A stretch of 64,000 nt of DNA from Zancudomyces culisetae HAW-14-8. Its lineage: Eukaryota > Fungi > Kickxellomycota. The notes under the pieces were generated by a model, which ran no database searches, had not been told where the DNA came from, and worked only from the letters and a program-made list of their open reading frames with translations. The position numbers were made by a program, and so were the translations under genes. Location of the stretch: NCBI GenBank assembly GCA_052426225.1, contig JBNJNM010000009.1, positions 1,332,323 to 1,396,322 on the forward strand, in the 5' to 3' direction. Positions 34,391 through 46,343 of the stretch are shown piece by piece. Positions within the stretch are counted from its first letter, which is position 1; every line of letters starts with the position of its first letter.

Positions 34391-36639
34391 TCAGTTGATA
34401 AAAGCTAGATTCAATTAGTTTGGAGCTGTTTAAACATATTGGAATTTTGTTACTTTTTTACTATTTCTTTTTGGATTTATAACATGCTTTGATTATATGG
34501 TAATAGAATCATATTATATATAATTGAATTTATTAAAAGATATTGGATTTTATCCTTAATATAGCATTATTTAATTACGCCGTTAAAAAATAAATAAAGA
34601 GTTGATTTGAACATCTCAATAGAGGACTACTTATAGGAAAAGGTATAAAATTTTTGATAGAATATCAATTGACTCCATTTGATCTTGAGTATTTAAAAGT
34701 TATGAGTTTAAATTGAATTGAATATCCGTGTATTCAGTTATTATGAAATTAATTCCTTATATCAATTTATTTTTTAGGTATATCCTCTTCTTATTTCTTA
34801 ATTTGTTACTTCATCTCAACAATTATTTAGGGTTGATCTAAAGTATAGTTTTCATTAAACTGATTCTCTTTCAAGATTTTAAGGTTAAAAAAGACAAATT
34901 TAAGTAAAGCATATTCTTGTCTGCAGTTATATTAAATACACCTGGAGTTTTGAAAACTATTTATTAAATTCTACAATCATCAATGATACTGATATAGGGA
35001 TAGCTAACATTTATAGTGGTTTACTAATGACTAGATTTAAAGAAAAAATCATTTCGATGTAAAGCTATATTATGGTTTTCTATTGGGTATTTTCTCAAAA
35101 TTTTGGTATAACTAGCATTTTTTTATTTGTTTAAAAAATTAGATTCAATATTGACTCTAAATTTGTTTTAAAAGGAAGAGGCTATTATGATTGTTGACTA
35201 TTATATTTAATTTCAACACTTTTGCATACACTCTAGCCCACATAGTAATTTAAATCAACTGAAACATACTATTTTGCATTGATGCCACAAACAGTAATGA
35301 TACCTAATTATATTAAAAGCGTATATTCTCCTCTAGATATTTTTAATGCTATTATAATATCAAGTTAAGCTATATATTTTACTATATAATAAAAGCTTTA
35401 TATTATTTTATTTACGAAATCTAATACATTAACAAGTGATGTTTAATTTTAATAACAATATTTTTATAAATCCAACTATCATACTTGTAAATTCAGAAAA
35501 TAGATAAATAAACCTAAATATCTGGAAATATAATCTCGGAATGTTATTTTTATCTAATTTTAAATTTTCTCAAACAAGACCATACCTTTAATTAATTGTA
35601 AGTTTATTTCTACCTACCCCTGCCATAAGTAGATTTTATCACATATTTAAAAGTTCTCCAAATAAAAAATAAGTGATAAATGTTAGTGTGATAGATAAAT
35701 ACTATCAATTAGGTTCTGCTGAGTTGTAGGTTTAGTAGAATGTATTTGAGTTTAGTATTGAACACAAAAAAATAGAGATATATATTAAATAATACAATCA
35801 TCTAAAAAAATATTATTATCTCAATCGCCTTTTTGGCAACGTTTATAAATTTTGTTGTTAATAGATAAATTTACATCTGTATTATAGATTAATTATTTAT
35901 TTATAAAGATTAATGTTCACCTCGTATAATCTAGAGGTCTGAAAAGTATTAATATTGTAAAAGTGTTAAATTTAGTATTTTTAGTCATTTTTAGTATAGT
36001 TTTTTTTAAAAAATAGTCTAAAGTTATTCTTTTAAATAAAATTAATTTTCTAAATCTTTACGTTTACTAACCTAGACCTTTATTATACAATCTAAAAAAC
36101 TTATTGTTTATTTTTGTTCAAAATGACTGTTAAAGTTTCATTTATTAGGTATCAGGTTTTTTTTCAAGCGGTTAAATATTATTAAAATAGAAAAAACACA
36201 CTTTCTTTGTAAACGACTAGTAGAGAACAAACTATAATAAAAAGTTATAAAATTGTTTTAAAAAAGTTTCAAAAAATTTTATTAGTTAATAATGTTGTTT
36301 AACTTAAGTACTAACAGAAAAAGAAAAATTAAATCAAATAACGAGGCCACAAGTTTAGATTAAATTAAAAAAATACTACAATAATTTATTAAATATAGAT
36401 ACAAGTATTTTTATACCAATAGCATTAAATATATAAAAAATAGAATGAAATGATAAATCCTTAGCTATTTTAGTAATTTAAATAATTAAAAAAGTAAAAA
36501 ATAAATATCTTTTGTAAACAGAAGATTAGATTTAAAATAATTACCATTAATTAGTATAGAGCTACGGCTAGATAGTAATATCAAGTGTTAACAAAATCAT
36601 TAAAATCATTAAAATCTCATTTTAAACATTTCAGACCTC

Positions 36640-36813
36640 ATGAGTAAATTAGAACCGCCTTCATCTAGAAAGCTAGAGATGAGGTCCAATACTCATCTCG
36701 TGGTGATCACTCCCGTAAAATCACGTGAAACGTTTGACAATATTATAGATACTGTCTTTTTACAAAGGAAGAACCAGCAGGAGATGGGGTCTCTTATATT
36801 CTACACACAATAG
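36640..36813 (+). CDS. Small protein (57 aa, below the ORF-track cutoff), putative paralog of 31946-32188
   Basis: Manual translation MSKLEPPSSRKLEMRSNTHLVVITPVKSRETFDNIIDTVFLQRKNQQEMGSLIFYTQ; the ORF coincides with a GC-richer island. Confidence 0.45.
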   Translation: MSKLEPPSSRKLEMRSNTHLVVITPVKSRETFDNIIDTVFLQRKNQQEMGSLIFYTQ

Positions 36814-37724
36814 AAAAAATATATTTGAAGGTCGTTAATAATAATTATTGTGTTATTAACTCAAATTTTATTTTTACTATAAGTATGTACTATAAAATTC
36901 ACTTTGGGGTTTCCATCTTTTCTCGCTAATGACAAAAAAACTATATTAATAAAATTATTTAAGAATCAGTATTATTTAAAGTTAATTTTCTATTAGAATA
37001 ATTTTGTTTAACATACTAAATTACTTGAATTGAAATATATGTTATCAGTATAACATTGCCTTTTAAGCAATAGTGTTGAATTTGTTTAGCTGAAAAAAAC
37101 TATATTTAACCATACCTTTGCATTGAGATCATAATAATCAACAGCCTGCTTTGACGTTCTCTTTAAATTTTATTATCTGGAACGTATATTGAAGTTCTAT
37201 AACGAAGATATTAAATAATGTTAAAAGAATGGCATTCTTGAACAAAAAGTGAAATATAATTAAAATAATAAGGCCCTAAATTATAATCCAATGTTTTAAC
37301 AATTATTTATAGATATATCAAGTACAGTAGATTATTAAAGCTTAAACTATGTAGAGCTTTTAGAAAATAAAAGAGTATGGTAAGATATGAGCTAATTTCC
37401 GAAATTAATTATGAATAAAAAAATCTATTTTCAGCTGCTATTCGCATACTCACTATATTAGCATAGTAAAATAATCTTAGCCCTATTCAAAAGAAAATTA
37501 TTTTTAGTGAATTAACTAGTCTATTAATAAAGTCTAAATTAATTATATATTTGGATTAAAGTTTATTAAAAAATTATTTATAGAACATTTGAGTAATGCA
37601 ATAATAGTTTTAAGTAATAGTATAGATTGTATAGACCAGAATACAAGTGATTATCAACGCAAAGTAGAAGATAAATTATATTAAATAAAATAAAAATGAG
37701 TTAGATAATACAAATTAAACAAAA

Positions 37725-38972
37725 CTATTTCTCGATAACCAACTTGACAGTTTTATCAAAGCTCTGAACTGGTTCTTGTGCTATCTTGCGAATCAACTCA
37801 TGATAGTTTGATCCTGGTGTGATCTTACCAAGAACTGTATATTGTGATGCTCCAGTACACGATGGGATTTGACCTGGTCGGCCGTGTATACATTCATGAC
37901 CAATAAGTGCAAACATTGCTGCCTCTTTGCATGAAGCTGGTAATCCATACTCTTCTTTTGTCAAAAGTGTTACTTTTGTATTTGGCAGTCCCTTTCTAAT
38001 TCCTTCCATAACTACAGGATTGAAACCTCCTCCTCCATGAACAAAGATCTCCTCTACTGGCTCTGGCATAAAATCGTGGTATGATTGAACAACTGTGTCT
38101 ATTGTCAGCTGTGTGATGGTAGCAACCACATCATCTGGAGACATGTTTAGTTCTTCACATCTCTTAATCACCTCATCTGCATACGAATCGCTAAAAAGCT
38201 CACGTCCAGTGGTCTTTGGTAGCTGTTTCTTGTAGTATGGATTCTGCAAAAGCTCCTGCAATAACTCTGTGTTAACTTTACCACGAGATGCCATCTGACC
38301 ATCCTTATCAAATTGTTGTTGTCCACCAGTATAGTGTCTTACGGCGCGATCAATCAAAACGTTTGAAGGTCCTTGATCAAATGCAAACGCTGTGATTATT
38401 CCATTTTTCATTGATACGAATGTGGTGTTTGAAATTCCTCCCAAGTTTTGGTAAGCTCTTGTTCTTCCTTCCTCTGCACATAAAACAACATCCAAGAATG
38501 AAGTCAATGGTGCTCCCTGTCCTCCGTAAACCATATCTGCTACTCTCATATCATTTACAACTGTTCTCCCTGTTTCTTTGACAATCACCGACGATTCTCC
38601 GTTTTGCCATGTAGATTTGACCTCAGAGTCATCATCAACTTGATGCCACATAGTAATACCATGTGGTGCAATAACATCAATATCATCGTTTGTTAGTCCA
38701 TTCTTGTCCAAAAACTGACGAATAGCATCGGCAAACGCTTTTCCCACAAGGAAGTTCAACTGTGTTATTTCAGCTAGGTCTCCAGACTTTTTGTTAATCA
38801 TGCTCAATATTCTCTGCTTCAGCTTAATGTCATGAGGAACTTCATCATAGGCAATGACTTTTAATGACAGAGTACCTGTACCGTTTTCATTACGTTCCAC
38901 CTGTTTGAATTCACACAATGCGAGGTCAATACCGTCACATGCGGTTCCGCTGTTCATTCCAAGAACTCTCAT
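37725..38972 (-). CDS. anmK: Anhydro-N-acetylmuramic acid kinase / levoglucosan kinase family anhydro-sugar kinase
   Basis: 415 aa, intronless; motifs GMNSGTxxDGID, HGxT, DxRxxD...GGQGAPL, NLGGISN, FDxGPxN, PKTTGRELF, GGGxxN, KEAxxFA. Substrate unresolved. Confidence 0.92.
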   Translation of the reverse strand: MRVLGMNSGTACDGIDLALCEFKQVERNENGTGTLSLKVIAYDEVPHDIKLKQRILSMINKKSGDLAEITQLNFLVGKAFADAIRQFLDKNGLTNDDIDVIAPHGITMWHQVDDDSEVKSTWQNGESSVIVKETGRTVVNDMRVADMVYGGQGAPLTSFLDVVLCAEEGRTRAYQNLGGISNTTFVSMKNGIITAFAFDQGPSNVLIDRAVRHYTGGQQQFDKDGQMASRGKVNTELLQELLQNPYYKKQLPKTTGRELFSDSYADEVIKRCEELNMSPDDVVATITQLTIDTVVQSYHDFMPEPVEEIFVHGGGGFNPVVMEGIRKGLPNTKVTLLTKEEYGLPASCKEAAMFALIGHECIHGRPGQIPSCTGASQYTVLGKITPGSNYHELIRKIAQEPVQSFDKTVKLVIEK

Positions 38973-39360
38973 TTTTAATGTATTTTTCTTGTAGTTTTCC
39001 TTTTTTTAGATCACTTGTTGATTCAAAGTTTATAGACTAGTCTTTAATAATCAGACCCAGATATTTGTTTTCAGCTTTATTGAGTTTTGATGAACAAAGA
39101 ACAAAGCCGGTGATAGATATATTTGTTGTTACTCTATTTACCGAAACCCGAGATGGATAAATAGGTGAACTTATACATTTTTCATTAACAATAAATGGAC
39201 GTAAAAAAAATATACGTTTTTCATTTAAAACCAAGATCCAAAATGTGAATATTCAAATAGGCGAGAATTGTCATTCTAGTAATTTACAGGCCTGAAAATT
39301 ATTGTAATAGAACATGTTTGAAAAATGAAGTAATACTGGAAAATATAAATGAGACGAATA

Positions 39361-39420
39361 AAAATGAAAAAATAAATGAAAAAAATGAAAAAAATGAAAA
39401 AAATGAAAAAAATGAAAAAG
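39361..39420 (+). repeat. (AAAAAAATG)n tandem repeat in the anmK-MFS intergenic region
   Basis: About 5-6 visible 9-bp units. Confidence 0.7.
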
Positions 39421-41111
39421 TAGTACTGAATAGGACAACATTAAAGATAGACATTTATGTTGTGGCAGAGAAAACATAAAATTATGGCCAGAGCTTGAGG
39501 CAATATAAAAAAAAACCGCACGACCTGCTCTGCTTTACAAAAATGAGATGATTCACCATTTGAACTTGTGTTTTCTGCACAGATATTGCTTGATGGCCAT
39601 AAACATGGATATAAACATGGCCATAAACATAGACACTCTTTGAGAATTAGGTAATAAGGGGGTTATTAGCTAATTGAAGCCAGTTTCATTTCCCAAAGCC
39701 AATTCGATGCTTTTCTATTTTTACTTGGAAAAATATCCAATGAACAACATATCAATAGCCAATCTGGGACCTTGGAGGGGGGGAAAGGGGGTATAATCAC
39801 ATATTTTGGGTATCAATGGAGTACAGGTATGTAAATTGTCAACAAGGTATAAACAAACTTGGTTTTGGGTTTCATAAAGTAACTGCTGAAACATATTACC
39901 AATAATATTTATACCATTAGATAACAAATTTAGAACAACAACCTCAAATAATACATATTGAATACCAAGTTCAGATTTTCACTAATTATGGTGTATACCG
40001 GTCAATTATAAGCGATACTTTTAACATTTTTGTATCTTTGGTGACTAACAAAAATGTGAATTGGATATCTTTTATAATTGATGTACTCGAGTTATATAAA
40101 TGGAATTTGTAGTAGTTCAGTTAATAATTCACAATGGTATTTTTAACATTTTATTGATATCTAAATTTTTCCAGTAATTAAATTGTGCTATAAATCAACC
40201 GATAATTTGCCGGTTTTTTCATAAGCTTTCAATCAGTTTATTTTTATTGTAATTAGAATGATTTTTTTTTTAATTTCAGTCTTTTGATTTGTAGATTTAA
40301 ATTGATTATTGGCTCTAGTTAACTGTTTAACTCAAATAAACCAATTTTAAAATTCATCTAAATATTAAGATAACAAAATGTACTCTAGAAAATAAACATA
40401 ATTGGAATAACAGCTTGAATCATGCACTGAATCAGCTAATACCCCTTTATTTTTTTGATAATTATAAATCTATATCAATTTTTAAATCATGCTGCCTATT
40501 GGCCAATTACAAAAAGTCTTGGATATACACAAATGGTAATTAAAATCTAGAAAAAACAGTAGGTATAGTGCCTAGGTGTAAACTAAAAAAACTTGGACTC
40601 GATCCTTCATTTAATCAAAATTAACCCTTACAGTTTGATTTGACACTAAATTTAATTTGATTAAAAGATTCCTTAAAAAGAAATATTTTGGAGGTCAATG
40701 AGAATTTCTCTTGGAAAAAACTCAATTGATTTAATTCTACGGACTTTCATTACGTATTAGCGATAATTAAAATTAAATTTATTCATTAGAATTAGGTAGG
40801 ATGTAGAAACGGTAGTCAATTATATTTAGCTTTACATAAAGGCCCATCACATGATACTACTGCTCATTACACAAATTGACAAATCTCAATTTTATTGTAA
40901 TTGAAACACGTTAGACTAGTAAACAATTCAAGCTGCATTTACATAGGTAGATGAACTAAATCAATTGAGTTTTTAGAAAAAATGCTTTTGAAATTAGTAT
41001 AAATAGTTGATCCCATGGCCTCCCATGAACACCATGAACATTAAATAATTTTCTACGGAAAATAATTTTGTTATTGATATTCATTTATAAATTATAAACT
41101 TAATTTTCAAA

Positions 41112-42551
41112 ATGAGTGACAAGGAGAAGCAGGAATTAACAACCATCAATCAGGATGAGGTTCTCACTCCCAGAGAACAAACAGTCGTCAAGCAATACCT
41201 CAAAAAGGTAGACATCAGAATCCTTCCCATATTCTCATTGGTATACCTACTCGCTGTCATGGACCGTGCTAACATTGGATCTGCTATTAACCTGGGTCTT
41301 GGTGACACCGTCAAATTCACCAAACAACAAGCTCCATGGAACGTATCTATTTTCTTCGTATTCTACATCATCTGTGAAACACCATCAAATATCCTTTTGA
41401 AGAAACTCAAGCCACATATCTGGTTCACAATCATTGTCTGCGGTTGGTCAATTGTGTGTATCTTGATGACTTGGGCTAGAACCCCAGCAACTCTATTGAC
41501 AGCCAGAGGCTTCTTGGGTGCCTTCGAATCCGGTCTTACACCAGGAGTGGTTGGATACATGCCATACTGGTACACTCGATCTGAAATTGGTTTACGTATG
41601 TCCATCTTCTTTGCTGCAGGTACACTTTCAGGTGTGTTTGGAGGACCGATCGCTGTGGGCCTCTCTAGTCTTACCATTGGAAACATTCCTTCGTATGCAA
41701 TCATCTTCCTTATTGAAGGTATAGTATCCCTTTTAGTCGGTATCTCACTTTACTTCCTTGTGTACGATTACCCAGACACAGTCAAGTTCTTTACCCCTGA
41801 AGAAAAGGAACTCATTGTCCGCAGAATCACCAATGATCAAGGTCTCGCCTCAAAGACAAGCATGTCAATGAAACAAACTATCAACGCACTATTAGACTGG
41901 AAAATGTGGATGTATGCCGTTATGTTCTTTGCTGTCAACTTTGCCGGTGTAACTCTTGGTGTATTTGGACCTGTACTTGTATCATCTTTGGGATTCAGCA
42001 GTATTAGAGGAACTTTGATGTCATCACTTCCTAACGCTGCCGGATTTATTGGACAACTTCTGACAGGATACACAATGGCTAGATTCCCATTGTGGTTGAA
42101 CTCTATTGTCTTTGCAGCTATTGGATGTTTCGGTATCTGTATGGTCGCATTCACACACTTCTCACCAGTGCCAAAACTTATTATGTTGTGTATTGGTGGA
42201 TTCGGAGTGTTCCCAAATATTCCAATCATTGCCACATGGATGTCTATTAACATGGGAGGTATTTCGAAGCGTATGGTTGCATCTGCAATGACAGTATCAT
42301 TTGGTGGTATTGCAGGTATCACCGCACCACTTGCCTTCAACAAGGAGCTATATGCACCTAAGTTCACATTGGGTTTGGCTCTTAACACAGCATGTTTGGC
42401 ACTCATTTGCGTTCTCGCTTTGTTCTTCAAGTTCTACTATGATATGGAGAACAGAAGAAGAGATAACAACCCAGTAGATGTATCACACCTGTCAGAGTTT
42501 GAACAACGTGAACTCAATGACAAGCACCCAGATTTCAGATACAAACTCTAG
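41112..42551 (+). CDS. MFS transporter, ACS (Dal5/Tna1-like) family, copy 2
   Basis: 479 aa with 3 amino-acid differences from 779-2218; TATAAATA at about 40998; divergent from anmK. Confidence 0.93.
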   Translation: MSDKEKQELTTINQDEVLTPREQTVVKQYLKKVDIRILPIFSLVYLLAVMDRANIGSAINLGLGDTVKFTKQQAPWNVSIFFVFYIICETPSNILLKKLKPHIWFTIIVCGWSIVCILMTWARTPATLLTARGFLGAFESGLTPGVVGYMPYWYTRSEIGLRMSIFFAAGTLSGVFGGPIAVGLSSLTIGNIPSYAIIFLIEGIVSLLVGISLYFLVYDYPDTVKFFTPEEKELIVRRITNDQGLASKTSMSMKQTINALLDWKMWMYAVMFFAVNFAGVTLGVFGPVLVSSLGFSSIRGTLMSSLPNAAGFIGQLLTGYTMARFPLWLNSIVFAAIGCFGICMVAFTHFSPVPKLIMLCIGGFGVFPNIPIIATWMSINMGGISKRMVASAMTVSFGGIAGITAPLAFNKELYAPKFTLGLALNTACLALICVLALFFKFYYDMENRRRDNNPVDVSHLSEFEQRELNDKHPDFRYKL

Positions 42552-42854
42552 TTTTATTTTTGCTATATCATTTTTGTAGTGCAAATATGAGCTACTCTTA
42601 TATATTCTGATTGTTATTATTGGTAATTAATATGGATAAAATATTCTATCAACATTTTTGAATAAAATATTTATATTTACAGCTATAGGCTAAAGAAAGA
42701 TACAAATGATTCGATAGAAATATGTCGAATTATTCGCGGTTGCAGCAAAGTTGGATAACGCCGACCCCCTTCCCCCACTCGCACATAAGATTATGTATTT
42801 TTTGATTATAACCTGCTGTTTTGTATATTCCAAATATTTGATCTTGAGTTAAAC

Positions 42855-43438
42855 CTACAACTTATATACACTGAACATAAGCTAGGATTTATGGAGATGG
42901 GGAAGATAAGAACAGGTAGGTTCTAGACAGCAGAGAGGCTGGCAAAATTGGGAACAATAGATGAAAAGTTCAAGACTAGATGCCCATTTTGTAAAAAAAA
43001 AAACAGCGCTGAAACTATTGAACACATGTTACTGGACTGTAAATACTGGGCTGGAGTTAGGTATAAAACTCTGGAACGTATCCCAGATATGTCAATTATA
43101 GGAAGTCAGGAGAGAGGTAGTAGTGAAGGATGGCGGAATTTTTTTGTAGGGCGACTCCTTGGAGGGGAGTCAAAAAGAATGGTTACTCTCTCCGTTAAGA
43201 AGAGAGAAACCGAAGCACCGTCTTTGGTTGAGCTGGTAACGGCACAATTTTTGGACGGAATATGTCGAACGAGGATGCAAATCTTAGACCGACTTAGATC
43301 AGAAACAACCTCCTTGAACCAAAGCCCGGTGGGTATGGAGTCCCTAGAGGAACGGAGGGGAATTGGTTAGGTAGATATTTTGTAGGATTATTTTTTGTAG
43401 TTTTATGGGATATTTATTTAATAAATTTATCTAACAAA
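42855..43438 (+). mobile_element. LINE 3' fragment, copy 2
   Basis: Near-identical to 2520-3111; ends ATCTAACAAA with only a 3-nt A run. Confidence 0.75.
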
Positions 43439-44240
43439 TATTACATGTACCAGAATCGGACTGTCATAAACACCATAACACTAGCTATCCTCTTGAATAC
43501 CCTTCAATACTAGACCGGAACAAGCGTCGATCAAATGTGTGGCACATATCATACCACCTGACTGGTATGTACTCTTGAAAAATAAAGCCAAAGGCTGAAA
43601 AAACGCTCATCTTTCTTTCTATGCATAGCGTTTTTTACAACTACCAGTCCTGACAAGTTTTAAGATTGCCAGTGCACTTATTCAGAAGATCTATCCGTTT
43701 TTGGATGATTTTTACTTGCTCTGAGGTACGGGTTTACATGGTTTTGAGCTTTGGTGTTTCTCAAAACATATTTTTCTCATCACTTGGCATATATTATTGG
43801 CCAGATGTGTGTTTGGCCAACAGATATTCAGTATAATTTACGTAGATTACTCGCAATCAATCTGCAAAGATGGGTATTTTATAATCTACGAATTCTGCTA
43901 GAAATTGAGATTTGATTGCTCGAAATTACAAAGAAAAATACGCGTCCAGTATGCCTGATTGCATGAAACAAAGATGGTAAACATGATTTAGCAATTCCAG
44001 CAAATAATTTGATTTTCATCTATACTAATGGTTTCATAAAGTTTTATTCTTTTCTGACTCTAATCAGTTGTAAGATCTAGATGGATTTCATTTGTGATTA
44101 TGTAGGAAATACTATATAAGCCGAACAAATCTGTGTGTTTCTTTTTGAATTCCACGTTATTCCGTATTAAAATATCTAATTATACTTGTTCATAATTGGT
44201 TTTAACAAAAGACAAATACAAGGCTAGATATATAATAATA

Positions 44241-45338
44241 ATGAAATTAAACAATAAAATTTTCCGTAAACATGTCGTTACAACATTATCACTTGGAGGT
44301 ATTGCTATTGCACATGCCGCCTCAGTTGGTAATTTAGATTTGGATGCACTCATGCCACAAAACGAATCAGGCGATCTTAACTATGCTAGAATACTAAATG
44401 GGGAATCAGCAAAGAGAGAGGATTTTCCATATATTCAAGTCGTGAGTGCGTTCGTAGGAGATGCTCCTAGAATGTGTCATGCTTCATTAATATCTGATAA
44501 AATAGTAATAACTGCAGCTAGCTGTTTCTCAGACAAGAACGGCGAGCTCACAAAATATGTTAACGCTACAGGAGTTTTTATCGGAACAGGAGCATCAAGT
44601 TTTGGTCCCATGGCTTACATTATAACGCGTGGAGTGCATATTCATCCCGATTTTTCACCTGTGACATTAGAAAATGACATAGCAGCTATCGAGCTAAACA
44701 CTACAATACCAAAAATATTTGCCACACCAGTAGCGATTTACAGTGGAAGTGTAACGGATGATATGAATTTAGTTACAGTAGGTTGGGATCTCACTTCGAC
44801 TGGACTATCGGATTTACCAGATAAAAAACTAAACAGAATTGCACAGTCGCCTTCTTCTTCAAGTGTTTGTAAAGATGCCAATGCCAACTGGTCAGATAAT
44901 AACAAAAATGTTGTTTGTACACTAGTAAACAATGATAAAGGTTTAGCAAATGGTGATAGTGGAAGCCCCTTGACATACGTGAATAACAAAGTTAATTTAC
45001 TTGTTGGTATCGCGAGTAATACAGGTAGATCTGGGAGTGGTGCAACTATTCTTCCGGAAGATGCTAAAACGAACTATTATACTCATGTATACAGCTACAT
45101 TGACTGGATTGTAAAAGTTACAGGAATTGAGAAATCGTACCTACTGGATACAACTGCACGACCCTCACCTGACTATTCAAAAATTAATGATACAAACACA
45201 GATACAGATAAAAACACAGATACCGATAAAAACACTGGTGGGAATCATAGTACTTCCACTTCCGCCTCAACTATTTTGCAGAGTACTGGGTTTACACTAG
45301 TGATGCTATTATCTTCAATGTTAGTTTTACTATTTTAG
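44241..45338 (+). CDS. Trypsin-like (S1) serine protease homolog, secreted and probably GPI-anchored, catalytic His replaced
   Basis: First ATG at 44241; signal peptide, R/ILNG activation site, TAASC in place of TAAHC, NDIA, GDSGSP, S/T-rich stalk and hydrophobic C-terminus. Confidence 0.88.
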   Translation: MKLNNKIFRKHVVTTLSLGGIAIAHAASVGNLDLDALMPQNESGDLNYARILNGESAKREDFPYIQVVSAFVGDAPRMCHASLISDKIVITAASCFSDKNGELTKYVNATGVFIGTGASSFGPMAYIITRGVHIHPDFSPVTLENDIAAIELNTTIPKIFATPVAIYSGSVTDDMNLVTVGWDLTSTGLSDLPDKKLNRIAQSPSSSSVCKDANANWSDNNKNVVCTLVNNDKGLANGDSGSPLTYVNNKVNLLVGIASNTGRSGSGATILPEDAKTNYYTHVYSYIDWIVKVTGIEKSYLLDTTARPSPDYSKINDTNTDTDKNTDTDKNTGGNHSTSTSASTILQSTGFTLVMLLSSMLVLLF

Positions 45339-46079
45339 AGTTGTTAATGACTTTTTTGATCTATGTGTCGATGTTTAATTAACTTTTCACTACAAATAAG
45401 TATAAAAATGTGATTGATATATCCGACCGATGGGTGATGTGTCTGTAATCTATGTGTTAATAGCAGCTGGAAAACAAATTAATTTTCACCATAAATAGAA
45501 TATTTTGTATCTCACTATGATGAAAAACATTCAACAAAAATAGGGTAGGGGGATGATGACTAGAGTGGATGACAGTTAATAATGTCCAAAATCTCAGTTT
45601 TACAAATTAAAAAAATATACAAGTGGCTATACTTTTGGTTTGAATAATACACGCGGTATAAGTCTTTTGATCCACCACTTTCTTTCTTTAAATAAAATAT
45701 CTTTTTCCTGAACTAATGCTAGGTGGGATATAGAGTTCTTAGAGGAACAGAGTAGAGTTAATACTTTTGCGGTTTTACGAAATGTTCATTATTAGATTAA
45801 TAATTCAAAAAAATAATAGCTGAATACCAACGTAGTAAAGGCTCATTAAAAATAATAGTACTATAAATCCTGTTATAAAAGTTGAAGTTTAATAATATTG
45901 TTTTACATCTCAGTAATTTTCTTTTATACTAACTAAAAAAATATTCAGAGCAAGTTTTTTTGTCGAACTGTCAATCTAGTGAACCACGAGTTATTAAAAT
46001 ATACCAAACATAAAAAAACCCTAGTTCAAGGCCACTGAGCATGTAGCATTGATCAGTACTAAAAACACAAGAGTTTTCT

Positions 46080-46343
46080 TTATGATTTCTCTTTATAAAT
46101 AACGTTATTGTATGATGGTGGTGCCTGTAAGCAGTATTCGTTGTGTGAGTTCATAATCGACTTTTTCAAACCTCTCCAAACAAAATCATTTCGATCAAAT
46201 GGTGGGCTATCAAGTAGGTGTATTTGACAACCATCATTCCCGCATCTCCTATCCTTATAGTCGTCATAGTTATATGGATCTACAATTTTGCGACTAAACC
46301 CCTGTTTTCCGCCAAGCAATCTCAAAAATTCAAAATTTTGCAT
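46080..46343 (-). CDS. Small hypothetical protein with a PPSY (PY) motif
   Basis: 87-aa ATG ORF with AAAAAATG context in a GC-richer island; no family recognised. Confidence 0.4.
   Translation of the reverse strand: MQNFEFLRLLGGKQGFSRKIVDPYNYDDYKDRRCGNDGCQIHLLDSPPFDRNDFVWRGLKKSIMNSHNEYCLQAPPSYNNVIYKEKS

Noticed and set aside
36630-36730. Possible structured RNA or ribozyme (GAGATGAG/CTCATCTC and GACCTCA/TGAGGTC stems)
   Set aside because: No hammerhead or snRNA core motifs; the island is better explained by the 57-aa ORF.
37725-38972. anmK as bacterial contamination or very recent horizontal transfer
   Set aside because: It is embedded among eukaryotic genes and TEs with an A-rich start context, and fungal LGK homologs exist; origin needs a phylogeny.
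44196-44240. TTG-start N-terminal extension of the trypsin ORF, and other non-ATG starts in the track
   Set aside because: Eukaryotic locus; the ATG at 44241 precedes the signal peptide.
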